Positions 24,201 through 37,700 of a DNA stretch of 64,000 nt are shown here, piece after piece. The stretch lies in contig NW_026943822.1 of the NCBI RefSeq assembly GCF_035594765.1, positions 2,198,992-2,262,991 of the forward strand, given 5' to 3'. The translations under genes and the position numbers were made by a program. Within the stretch, counting starts at the first letter, position 1; the number at the start of each line of letters is the position of its first letter. Origin of the DNA: Anolis carolinensis. Its lineage: Eukaryota. Under the pieces are notes generated by a model, which saw only the letters and a program-made list of their open reading frames with translations, did no database searches and was not told the DNA's origin.

Positions 24201-24418
24201 GAGGGGCCTTTTGCCGGCCAGACGTGCCCTCTTCGCCCAGTTCACAGTCTGGCTCAACACTGGGCCTATAATCCCAGGATCCGCTTATCCCAGTGTAGAC
24301 TCCTCAAGCAGATAATCTGGGGTCAAATCCTAGGACATAGGCCCCATAAAATCCAGACCTGGATTATATGGCAGTGCAGATTTATATACTCCAGATTATC
24401 AAAGCAGGCAATGTAAAT

Positions 24419-24551
24419 CAGGCCTGGGCAAGCTTCGGCCCTCCAGGTGTTTTGGACTTCAACTCCCACAATTCCTAACAGCCGAAGGCTGTTAGGAATT
24501 GTGGGAGTTGAAGTCCAAAACACCTGGAGGGCCGAAGCTTGCCCAGGCCTG
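24419..24551. mobile_element. Fully palindromic hAT-type MITE (CAGGCCTGGGC TIR); family copies 5224-5337, 18224-18408, 41715-41867, 47376-47577, 59917-60118
   Basis: 65-bp perfect arms with 3-nt loop; the 18224 copy has a 6/8 match 8-bp TSD. Confidence 0.8.
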
Positions 24552-25471
24552 ATCCACACTGCCTGCTTTGATAATCTGGATTATCTATTTATTTATTTGC
24601 GACATTTATATCCCGCCCTTCTCACCCCGAAGGGGACTCAGGGCAGTTTACAAGTATATATACATATACAATATATTGTATTATACAACTATATTGCAAT
24701 ATTATTAGTAATATTGCATGTAATATAAATATACAATTATAATTGTGAATTACAATTACAGTAGAGTCTCGCTTATCCAAGCTTCTGGATTATCCAAGCC
24801 ATTTCTGTAGTCAATGTTTTCAATATATCGTGATATTTTGGTGCTAAATTCATAAATACAGTAATTACAATATAACATTACTGCATATTGAACTACTTTT
24901 TCTATCAAATTTGTTGTACTCAATTTGTAAAATCATAACCTAAGTTGATGTTCAATAGGCATTTCCTTAATCCCTCCTTATTATCCAACATATTCGCTTA
25001 TCCAACATTTTGCCGGCCCGTTTATGTTGGATAAGTGAGACTCTACTGTACATATACAATATATTATATTATACGACTACATTGCAATATTATTAGTAAT
25101 ATTGCATGTAATATAAATATACAATTATAATAGTGAATTACAATTACAGTAGAGTCTCACTTATCCAAGCCTCGCTTATCCAAGCTTCTGGATTATCCAA
25201 GCCATTTTTGTAGTCAATGTTTTCAAAATATAATGATATTTTGGTCCTAAATTCGTAAATACAGTATTTACAATATAACATTACTGCGTATTAAACTACT
25301 TTTTCTGTCAAATTTGTTGTATAACATGATGTTTTGGTGCTTAATTTGTAAAATCATAACCTAATTTGATGTTTAATAGGCTTTTCCTTAATCCCTCCTT
25401 ATTATCCAAGATATTCGCTTATCCAAGCTTCTGCCAGCCCGTTTATGTTGGATAAGTGAGACTCTACAGTA

Positions 25472-26087
25472 CTAGCTTTGCCCGGCCACGCGTTGCTGTG
25501 GCTTATGCTTTCAGAGTGTTGCTCTCAATTTACTGTCCTGATTTTAGAGATTATATTGCTCTGTATTATTATATCACAGTAATTATTACATATTATATTT
25601 ATAATCTTATATTATCTGCTTAGAACTGGATTATATAAAATGCACACTGAAGTGGATTATATGGCAGTGTGGAGTCAAGATAATGCAGTGCAAAGCAGAT
25701 AATATAAGATTATAAATGGGTTATATAGCTGTGTGGAAGGGCCTTGAGTCTACACTGCCATATACTGTAATCCAGTTAAAATCTGATAATCTGTATTTTA
25801 TAGGCAGTGTGGAAGAGGCCTAAGTTAGGCCTAACTCTACCTGTCCCCTGGACTGAGTGGGTTGCTAGGAGACCAAGTGGGCAGAGCTTAGCCTTCTAAC
25901 TGGCAGCAATTGGATAAAAACAATTATTCCTCTCCCTCTAATTAGGACTTTATTTTTCTTTTCTTTTTGTTGTATGAACGTAGAGGCAAGGATGAAGGGT
26001 TGTGCTGCCAAGTTTAGTGTTTCTGGAATGTGTAGTTTTGTTGTTTTGTCCTAGGCCAAAATTTTATTACCCTTTTATATATATAGA
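25472..26087 (-). mobile_element. Non-autonomous Helitron (related subfamily)
   Basis: A|TC...CTAG|T on - strand with the same subterminal hairpin. Confidence 0.8.
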
Positions 26088-27266
26088 TAATAGTGTATTA
26101 CAATTACAGTAGAGTCTCACTTATCCGAGCCTCGCTTATCCAACGCATTTTTGTAGTCAATGTTTTCAATATATCATGATATTTTGGTGCTAAATTCATA
26201 AATACAGTAATTACAGTATAACATTACTGCGTATTGAACTACTTTTTCTGTCAAATTTTTTGTATAACATGATGTTTTGGGGCTTAATTTGTAAAATCAT
26301 AACCTAATTTGATGTTTAACAGGCTTTTTCTTAATCCCTCCTTATTATCCAAGATATTCGCTTATCCAAGCTTCTGCCGTCCCGTTTAGCTTGGATAAGT
26401 GAGACTCTACTGTACAATATATTATACGACTATATGACTACTATATTATTAGTAATATTGCATGTAATATAAATATAAAATTATAATAATGAATTATTTT
26501 TATGATTACATTGTATTACATCATAATATTATTATTAATATTACATGTATATACAATATAGAGTCTCACTTATCCAACGTAAACGGGCCAGCAGAACATT
26601 GGATAAGCGAATATGTTGGATAATAAGGAGAGATTAAGGAAAAGCCTATTAAACATCAAATTAGGTTATGATTTTACAAATTAAGCACCAAACCATCATG
26701 TTATACAGCAAATATGACAGAAAAGGTAGTTCAGTACGCAGTAATGCTATATAGTAATTACTGTATTTATGAATTTAGCACCAAAATATCACAATGTATT
26801 GAAAACATTGACTACAAAAATGCGTTGGATAATCCAGAACGTTGAATAAGTGAGACTCTACTGTATACATATGCAATATATTATATTATATGACTATATT
26901 GCAATATTATTAGTAATATTGCATGTAATATAAATATACAATTGTAATAGTGAATTATAATTATTATTACATTGTATTACATCATAACATTATTATTAAT
27001 ATTACATGTATATACAATATATTATAATATTAGTATAGAATAATATTATTCTATATTATTATATCATTAAATTGATTCGGTCCCTTGTGAAAAAGCTGTG
27101 GTTTCAGTCACATAATTCTGTAGAAAACGTATGGTCTGAAAGACCACGGAGATAAAGGAGACCAATCCCGAGGGTTTTGTTGCTCTTTAAATCATAGCAA
27201 ATGTTGTAGCGGACACCTGTGCTGACCCCACTCTTCCTTGTTCTCTTTGCAAAAGTCCCTGAGAGA

Positions 27267-29996
27267 ATGAAGCTCAACAGAGATGAAAGCAGCGAGTCTG
27301 AGAACGAAACTGACGACGATGAGGAGGAAGAAGAGGAAGACGATGACGACGATGAGGGAGGCCTGTCTGATGAGTCTGCCAACAAATGCCTGAAGCGCCT
27401 GGAGGCAGAAGAGAAAGCCTCCCAGCAGAACCGCTCCCAGGACAAGGAGGAGACCCCGAACTGTGGGCAGAAAGGCGAAAAGGGGGCTCAGCCAGGGCTC
27501 TCCCTGATCGATCTGGAGGAGCAGTTGGCAGAAGAGTGTGACTTGGAGGAGACAAGACGAAAGAGGCGGAGGAAGCACAGGTGGGTCATCTTCCATGATG
27601 TTGGATCGGGTGTGGGACCTTTCCCCTATTGCCTATTGCCCGTTTCACTTGCAGGATCAGCTCTGTCTGGGGGCCTCTTTGAGGCCTCTTACACACTGCC
27701 CTGTATCCCAGGATCTGATCCCGGATTTTCTGCTTATCCCAGATAAGGGGCCGGACTGTGGCGCAGGCTGGAGAGCAGTTGCTGCAATAAATCACTCTGA
27801 CCATGAGGTCATGAGTTTGAGGCCAGCTCGTGGCGGGGTGAGCACCTGTCAATTAAAAATAAAATATAGCCCCTGCTCGTTGCTGACCTAGCAACCTGAA
27901 AGATAGTTGCATCTATCAAGTAGGAAATAAGGTACCACTTATAAAAGTTGGAAGGCAAATTTAACTAATTTACAACATTGGAATGAGGAAGTGAGGAAGT
28001 GCCATCACAGTGGATGATGAAGCAGCTGCTCCCCCGTGGCCAGAATCGAACATCCCCTCAGGAGAAGGTTAAATTGCCTCTGCATCTGTCTGTCTCGGTC
28101 TCTGTTTGATGTGTTTATGGGCATTGAATGTTTGCCCTGTATGTGTATAATATAATCCGCCCTGAGTCCCCTTCGGGGTGAGAAGGGCGGAATATAAATA
28201 CTGTAAATAAATAATCTGGCAGTGTAGAGTCATATAATCCAGTTCAAAGCAGATACTCTGAGATCAGATCCTGGGATACAGGGCAGTGTAGATCCAGCCT
28301 GAAGCTCCTGTGTTTGGTCACCTCTTCCTCCCCTTAGGCTCTGCATCAACCTGACCAACTGCAAATATGAGAGCGGTAAGTGAAGGCTCCTTCTCAGGGC
28401 CTGGGAGGCGAGGCTCCCGGGCTGCTCTTGGGGAGTCGTCGTGTTAGACTGGCCTTGGGAACCTCTGCTTCTTGTGCTGCAGTCAGGCGTGCTGCTCGGC
28501 GCTGTGGCCTGAAAGAAGTCGGGGAGGACGAGGAGTGGACCCTTTACTGGACGGACTGCTCTGTCTCCCTGGAGCGCGTCATGGAGATGAAAAGGTTTCA
28601 GGTACCTGCCATGGAAGCAGGAATCATAGAATCATAGAATCGTAGAGTTGGAAGAGACCTCACGGGCCATCCAGTCCAACTGCCTGCAAGAAGCAGGAAA
28701 ATCTCATTCAAAGCACCCCAGACAGATGGCCATCCAGCCTCTGTTTAAAAGCCTCCAAAGAAGGAGCCTCCACCACAGTCCGGGGAAGAGAGTTCTACTG
28801 CCGAACAGCCCTTCTCACAGTGAGGAAGTTCTTCCTGATGTTCAGGTGGAATCTCCTTTCCTTTCCTGTAGTTTGAAGCCCTTGCTCCATTGCATCCTAG
28901 TCTGCAGGGCAGCAGAAAACAAGCTTGCTCCCTCCTCCCTATGACTTCCCCCCACATATTTGTACATGGCTATCATGTCTCCTCTCAGCCTTCTCTTCTG
29001 CAGGCTAAACATGCCCAGCTCTTTAAGCCGCTCCTCATAGGGCTTGTTCTCCAGACCCTTGATCATCTTAGTTGCCCTCCTCTGGACACATTCCAACTTG
29101 TCAACATCTTCCTTCAATTGTGGTGCCCAGAATTAATAATAATAATAATATAATAAAACTTTATTTATATACCGCCCTATCTCCCGGATGGGACTCACGG
29201 TCATAAAAGCAAACACAAACATTACATAACAACATAATACACATTATTAAACAAAGTAAAATAATACAATTATAACAATAAATCACACTTACGTGGACAC
29301 AGTATTCCAGGTGTGGTCTGACCAAGGCAGAATAGAGGGGAACATGACTTCCCTGGATCTAGATGCTATACCCCTATTTATGCAGGCCAGAATCCCATTG
29401 GCTTTTTTCGCTGCCGCATCACATTGTAGGCTCATGTTTCACTTGTTGTCCACAAGGACTCTTAAGATCTTTTTCACAGGAGTTGGAAGGTTGGGCTTTT
29501 GTGGGGAGAAACAGCTTGGCTGGCCAGTGGCGATGGCCACGGAACAGGGCACTCCAGCAGGTGAACAGAACAGAATAGAACAGTGTTTCCCAAAGTCTGA
29601 TTTTACAACCATTTTGGACTTCAGCTCCCAGCATCCCTTATCATTGGCCAAGAAAGCGAGTTTAAATCAATACCTGGAGGACTAGAGTTTGGGAATCACT
29701 GGAATAGAATAATTTTATTGTCATTTATTGACAAAAATGGCAATGGTTTCTGCTTGTAGATGGAAGGTTTCAAGTAAGACTTCAGGAATTACAATGTCGT
29801 AGGTGTGTGAGATGACGACCTAGGGCAGTGATGGCCAACCTATGACACGCGTGTCAGCACTGACACGCCTAGCCATTTTTGCTGACACGCTGCCGCATGC
29901 AGATTGATTGGATGACTAATGCCAAATTTGGTATGATTTGGTCCAGTGGTTTTGTTGTTTACTCCATGGGAATTATGCACATTACATTTATATCTA

Positions 29997-30038
<42 letters not shown>

Positions 30039-33000
30039 ATATCATTCTATGATTATTCTATTATTGTAGTATATTATTATATTATTACTATTATATTATT
30101 ATTATTATATTATTCATTATTCATGACTACATTGAAACTACAATAGAGAGAAATCAGCGTGGAAACTGCAAGAGGTACCATAGATTGTTGTACATGGAAA
30201 TAATGGTAGTAAATAGTTTTTGATTTATTAAATACAGTTATATATTACAATTATATATTTTTGTTATTTAAATTATATATATTGTGAAATTATGGGGTTT
30301 TTTTCTCGAAGAGACACACCACCCAAGTCATGCTAGGTTTTTTGGTGAATTTTGTCACACCAAGTGCAAAAGGTTGCCCATCATTGACCTAGGGAGACAC
30401 TAGCGAGAATACTTGAAAGGGTTCAGGGATCTCACCACCCTCTTCCATTCTTCCAGAAAATCAACCACTTCCCAGGCATGGCGGAGATCTGCCGCAAGGA
30501 CCTGCTTGCCCGCAACCTCAACCGCATGCTCAAGCTCTTCCCCAAAGAGTACAGCATCTTCCCTCGCACCTGGTGCCTGCCAGCAGAGTGAGTGAGGGGA
30601 CGCTTTGGAGCCTGGAAGCAGATGACCCACACCCCACCAATACACACACACTCCTGACATTGTGAGGATATGTTGTGAGGAGTAAGTCATTGTGAGGAGT
30701 AAGTCTTACTCAAAACATTGACCTCTCTCCTCTCTCGGTGCAGCTACGGGGACTTCCAGGCCTATGGCCGCATGCGGAAGAACCGGACGTACATCTGCAA
30801 GCCAGACAGCGGCTGCCAAGGGCGAGGCATCTTCATCACACGCAACCCAAAGGAGATCAAGCATGGGGAGCGCATGATTTGCCAACAGTATGTCACCAAG
30901 GTAGGGCCAGGGAAGGGAAAAGACAAACAACATTTCCCCTTCCTGCTTAGTCTTCAGCCACAGTGGTGCTGTCTGTGCCCAGTGGAAAAAGCTTGGCCTT
31001 AAAGCCCCGCTGCTGAGCCCGCCTTCCTTGCTCATCCATCTCACTCTGCCCATATCCTTGCAGCCCTTCCTCATTGATGGCTTTAAGTTCGACATGCGCA
31101 TCTATGTTTTGGTCACCTCCTGCGACCCACTAAGAATCTTTGTATACGAGGAGGGGCTGGCCCGCTTTGCCACCATGAGATACATCGAGCCCAGCAGCAA
31201 CAACCTGGTAAAGAAGGGACATTTCCCAGGAACTTGTATATGCTTTGTAGGGTAATACGCTCTCCCTTGTTGCCGGGCGGGGTTCCTCCTGTGAGTCTTG
31301 TGCAGGATGGGCAGAGCGCCTGTGATGTACCTACCCATGGTCAGCACGGGTTTGGTCTCAGACTCTGCCCATCTGGGACAGAGACTGGAACTGGCTGTCC
31401 CAGTATCCACCCATGTTCAGCCAAGGTGGAAGGAGAGGCTGGGTGGTTGGAGACTGACCCTCCCGCTCTCCTTCCCTCCCTCCCTCCCTCCCTCCCCAGG
31501 AGGACATCTGCATGCACCTTACTAACTATGCCATCAACAAGCACAACGAGAACTTTGTGCGTGATGACTACTCCGGGAGCAAGAGGTATTGGGGGATTGG
31601 GGCTGCCCTGCTTCCCATCATGCTTTTGGGCAAAGAAAGCCACTGGCTGCTCTTTCCCAAGGCAGGCCTTGGCACCACCCAACTGACCCTCCCCCACCCT
31701 CCCCTCTCTCGGACCAAACAGGAAGCTGTCCACTTTGAACACCTGGATGCGGGAGCACAGCTATGACACATCCGAGCTGTGGAGGAACATCGAGGACATC
31801 GTAATCAAAACCCTTGTTGCTGCCCATCCGGTGCTGAAACATAACTACCGCACCTGCTTCCCCAACCACATCTCAGGCTGCGCCTGCTTCGAGATCCTGG
31901 GCTTTGACATCCTCCTGGACAGGAAGCTCAAACCTTGGCTCTTGGAGGTGAGTGAGATTTCTCGGTCTCTCTCAAGCTCTTTGCTCAGATTTCTGAGATT
32001 TCTCAGTCTCTCTCAAGCTCTTTGCAGCCCTTACTATCTGTAGAAATAAAGAAGTGAATTGTCTCTTTGGGAAATCTCCTGGAGTGGCCATTCAGTTTTT
32101 CAAGCCCTCCAATGTTCTAACAACTCTTCTAAGTTCTAACAGCTTATGTGTCTGAACATATCTCCCTCTGTGAACCATCTCAGAGGTTAAGATCTTTTGG
32201 GGAGGCCCTGCTCTCAGTCCCACCTGCTTCACAAGTACGGTTAATAGGGATGAGAGACAGGGCTTTCTCAGTGGTGGCCCCTTGGCTGTGGAACTCTCTC
32301 CCCAGTGAGATTAGATCACTGCCCTCCCCCCTCTTGGCCTTCAGAAAGAAAACAAAGACATGATTGTGGGACCAAGCTTTTGAACAGTAAAGTAATCCAG
32401 TGCAAGAAATAAATAGGAAATACAGTAGAGTCTCACTTATCCAAGCCTCGCTTATCCAAGCCTCTGGATTATCCAAGCCATTTTTGTAGTCAATGTTTTC
32501 AATATATCATGACATTTTGGTGTTAAATTCGTAAATACAGAAATTACAACATAACATTACTGCATATTGAACTACTTTTTCTGTCAAATTTGTTGTATAA
32601 CATGATGTTTTGGTGCTTAATTTGTAAAATCATAACTTAATTTGGTGTTTAATAGGCTTCTCCTTAATCTCTCCTTGTTATCCAACATATTTGCTTATCC
32701 AACGTTCTGCTGGCCCGTTTATGTTGGATAAGTGAGACTCTACTGTACGTGCAATTGACAACTGGAATGGCCCCAGTCTACGATTTTGGATCATGTGATT
32801 TTAATGTTTACATTACTAGTTTTTAATTCTATGTTTTCATGTCTAAATATTGTTTATGTCTTATGTTTAATGGTCCTATTGATATTTAATGCACAGTTAT
32901 ATGTTTCTTGTTTAGATTTTATGATTTGGTTTTACGTGTATATTAGGTATTGAATTTTGCCAATATTATGTTGTAAACCGCTTTGAGTTCCCCTCGGGGT

Positions 33001-34651
33001 GAGAAAAGTGGTATATAAATACAGTAAATAAATAAATAAATTCCTCTTTTGTTCAAGCCCATAAACAGGTGGTCCCTCTCCACTTCCACCTTTGGTTTTT
33101 GGCTGTCCATTCAGCCCTGGAGGGTCCCAGGGGAGGACCTGCTGTGCTGTCTTTAAGGAGAAGCACCCCTGTCCATCCCTTTAGCTGTGTAGAGACATGC
33201 AAACAGTCTTGCCAAAGGGCTGGGAAGTCCGGCGAAGGAGACTTGAAAGACCGCCCACAGCCATAGAATCATAGAATCGTAGAATTGGAAGAGACCTCAT
33301 GGGCCATCCAGTCCAACCCTATGCCAAGAAGCAGGAAAATTTCATTCAAAGCACCCCCGACAGATGGCCATCCAGCCTCTGCTTAAAAGCCTCCAAAGAA
33401 GGAGGCTCCACCACCGTCTGGGGCAGAGAGTTCCACTGCCAAACATCAGTTCTAAATATAATCCAGTTCTAAACAGATAATATAAGATTATAAATTTAAT
33501 ATCTAAAATGACCTATGGATATGGCACGAGGTTTTCGGATGAACGGATCTGAGTATATGTACAGTATTTTTAAAAATTTATATACTGTAATTTTATATTG
33601 TATTTAATTGTTTTTAAACTGATTTTATGTATTGCTGATTGATTTTGTATAGGCATCTAATTGTGCCAGTGTTGTAAGCCGCCCTGAGTCCCTTTGGGTG
33701 AGAAGGGCGGGATATAAATATTGGAAATAAATCTCCTTTCCTGTAGTTTGAAGCCATTGTTCCGCGTCCTAGTCTGCAGGGCAGCTTGCTCCCTCCTCCC
33801 TATGACTTCCCCTCACATATTTGTATATGGCTATCATGTCTCCTCTCAGCCTTCTCTTCTGCAGGCTAAACATACCCAGCTCTTTAAGCCGCTCCTCATA
33901 GGGTTTGTTCTCCCATCCTTTCCCTCCTCATGGTGGGCTGAGGCCGCATCCCTATCTCCGTCCTCAGGTCAACCACTCCCCCAGTTTCACCACGGACTCC
34001 CGGCTGGACCGGGAAGTGAAGGATGCCTTGCTCTGCGACACCCTCAACCTCATCAACCTACGGGCTTGTGACAAGAGGAAGGTGCTGGAGGAAGACAAGA
34101 GGCGGGTGAAGGAGCGCCTGCTCCAGCCCCACCAGCCACCCCGGGAGGCCAGGTACATGGGAAGGTGGGCAGGGAGGGATTGCGGATGTGGGGAAGCGCA
34201 ACCTGAGCTCAGGAGACTGGGCACAGGAGGCGCCTCTTCCAGCCTTGGAGCTGCCCTCTGCTTCTGGCACCTCTGAGTGGCCTAGTTCCTCTCCCTTATA
34301 CCATTGCATTGCCCCCCTTAAGAGAGAAGAGACAATGGAGTGAGCAGAAAGTAAGAGTCTTCCACCGCCCCCGTTTTCTTGTTTCCTCTCGGCAACATCC
34401 GAGGGCCAGACTGGGAAGTTGGTTTCCGAGGGCAAGGGGGCTCACTGCCCGCAAACCAAAGGAGGGGTGGGCAGAGCCGTGCCTTCCTGCCCCCCCCCCT
34501 GCAGCCCAGGGGTACATTGTACAACAAAATTAAATGCTATTCCATTACACATTATATATGTAGAATTACAAAACAAAACACCAATCCTTCCACATTCTTA
34601 TCATTGTTGCAATGCCCCTAAAGCCACATCAGTGTAAAACCATAGAGTTCC

Positions 34652-34702
<51 letters not shown>

Positions 34703-37700
34703 CAACTTTATTTTTATACCCTGTCCCATCTCCCCGGAGGGACTCGGAGCGGCTTCCATGGGGCCATGCCCAACACAACAATACAATTACAGCGATAAAA
34801 CAGTAAAAACAATTTTACACATCAGTAAGACATCAACATCAGTAAAACAGTCATAAAAATCAATATACTGCATAAAATATTAAAAACGGGAGGCTAAAAA
34901 CAGATCTGGGCCAAAGTGCAGAAAGACATCACATGGGAGAGGTAGTTTCATGGCTAAAATAATATAGTCACAGCTCTGGGATAAAGTTATCTCTCAGCCT
35001 ATTTGTCATTGATTTTATCAACTTATATCACCTGCCAGATGGTAGATACAGTAGAGTTTCACTTATCCAACGTAAACGGGCCGGCTGAACATTGGATAAG
35101 CGAATATGTTGGATAATAAGGAGAGATTAAGAAGAAGCCTATTAAACATCAAATTAGGTTATGATTTTACAAGTTAAGACCCAAAACGTCATGTTATACA
35201 ACAAATTTGACAGAAAACATAGTTCAATACGCAGTAATGCTATGTAGTAATTACTGTATTTACGAATTTATCACCAAAATATCACGATGTATTGAAAACA
35301 TTGACTACAAAAATGCGTTGGATAAGCGAGTGTTGGATAAGTGAGACTCTACTGTAATTTTAAAAAAGAAGAATATCCATGGTGAGATTGATCCTTAAGC
35401 ATATTTTGAACTTTCTTAAAGCAATGGGAATTATCAAGTGCTCTCAAATCGGGGGGAGGACAACCAGACCCTTCTTGCTTTGCAGGCGGGAGCAGATGGA
35501 GAGCAACCAGGCGGCCTGGCTGGCCCAGGCAGACATGCACGAGAGGAGCCACCTGGGTGGGTACCGCCACATCTTCCCCACTGGCAACACCGACAAGTAT
35601 GCACACTTCTTCAATCACAGGGGGTCCCTGTTTCACGAGACGGTGGCCTCAAAGGCTAGAGAGGAGTGCGCCAGGTACCCGCCCTGGGAGCGGGAGGGAA
35701 AGACATTATTTCCGGATGAAGAGCCTGTCTCCCTTGTTTTGGGGAGCCCCAGGTGACCCTTGCAATGCACTGCAGCCTCCCCCTCCTCTGCCAGGCAACA
35801 GCTGGAAGAAATCCGGCAGAAGAAAGAGCAGCAGCGGGAGAGTGCGGCCGGGAAGAAGCGGAAGGAGGGGAAGGAGAACCCGCAGGGAGAATCCGCTGGG
35901 GAGAAATACCAGGAGAAGATCAAGGCCAAGGCCAAGACCTGGAACCCAAAGGTACTAGCCCCCCACCCATTTTGGAGGAGCCGAGTGGGACATGGGACCC
36001 AGTGCTTCTGTTTGAGCTGATTCTTCTGCAGGTGGACCCCCAAAGGCTGCTCAGTGCGGTTCTCCACTGACCCCCTTCCTTCCTTCCCACACACACATGC
36101 ACCCCCATGCTTCCTGCCTCTATGGGGATGCAACCTTATTTCCATCCCCATAAAACGTCCTGTTGTTTTGTTTCCTTCTGAACCCTGACATTCAGAGGGA
36201 GCCCAATTCCTATGTGCCATCTCCCCCCTGCAGCCTGTGCCCAGGGGCTTCAAAGGGGAGCCCATAGATTTATTGATTTTATTTCGTGTCAAAAGCATTG
36301 CATAATAAATAAGTTTAAAAGCGATACAATAAAGGAATCACAAACAGCTAAATAGTTTTAGATCAAAAGCGGGCAACAGCAACCGCATTGTCCGTAGCTT
36401 TGAACAACTCCTCCTCCGTACATGAGGCAGGGCATTGTGGGCAAGCAGACATATGCGGAGTTGTTTGTTCTGCTCCACAGTCACACAAGGTGGAGGATTC
36501 CTCCAGGTAATGCCATCTTGCCAGGTTGTCTTTTGATCTGCCCACTCTGCTTCTCAGTCTATTTAGGGACTTTCAAGTTGCTCATTCTTGGTTTGCCCCT
36601 GGAGGAAGGAAGACCTTCATGGGGGGCCATCCAGTTGGGATTGCCTGGTCTAGCTGCCCAGAGGGACACTCTTGCTGCTGCTGGAGGAACATCAAGAGGA
36701 GTGGTGGTTCTCATGAAGCTTTTCCTTGATTTGAGTCTACTGGGAGGAGAGTGATAGTCATGCAGTGGGTGGCTTTCACAATGTTCGACCTTATTTCTCT
36801 CACCGTTAGCAGCATCTTCCCATCGCACATCAGGAGGAGCAATGTAGAATTTATCAACAGGTGCAGGTTTAAGGCATCCTGTGATTATTCTACATGTTTC
36901 GTTCAGTGCTATGTCCACCTGCTTCGCATGGACAGACTTGTGCCAGACAGGACAGGCGTACTCAGCAGTCGAGAAAGACAAGGCCAGGGCTGATGTTCTT
37001 ATTACTTGTGGGTCTGCACCCCATGCGCTGCCAGTCAGTTTCTGCAGGATGTTGTTGCGTGCAGCTACTTTGTGTTTCCTATGTTAGTGTTCGATCTAAG
37101 GTGACACCAAGATATTTAGGATGGAAACAGTGTTCGAGCTCTTGGCCTTCCCAAGTAGCTTTCAGTTTCCTGTTGGCTTCACAGTTACGTAGGTGGAAAG
37201 CACACACTTGTGTCTTGGAAGGGTTCGGCTTCAGGTGGTTCTCTTTGTAGTAGCTGGAGAGATCTTTCAAGGCATTAGTGAGCTGGTTTTCAACTGTTTC
37301 AAAATATTTTGCTTGTGTTGTAAGGCCAAGGTCATCAGCATATATAAAGCTCTTTGCGAGTGATGTTTGTGGCTGATCATTCATGAAGATGTTAAACAAG
37401 GTCGATGCAAGAACGTTTCCTTGGGGTAAACCATTCCTTTGCTGCCTCCATCTACTTTTCTTGCCCTGAAACTCCACATAGAAGCTGCGGTTTTCCAGGA
37501 GGGTCTGGACAGTTTTTCTAAAGTCAAAGTCCTGGGTGATATGGTAGACTTTGTGCAGCATTTTTTCTGTGTCATAGGCTGTCATAAGGTCCACATAAAC
37601 TGTTCCCATAATGCATCCTTTCTCATAGCCTTCCTCGATATGCTCAGTCAGATGGAGAATTTGACCTGTATAGTTTTACCCTGGCCTGAAACCTGCTTGT

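Noticed and set aside
36219-36260. Possible extra TTLL13 exon after a CCCCCCTGCAG acceptor
   Set aside because: No convincing donor; flanking exons already join in phase
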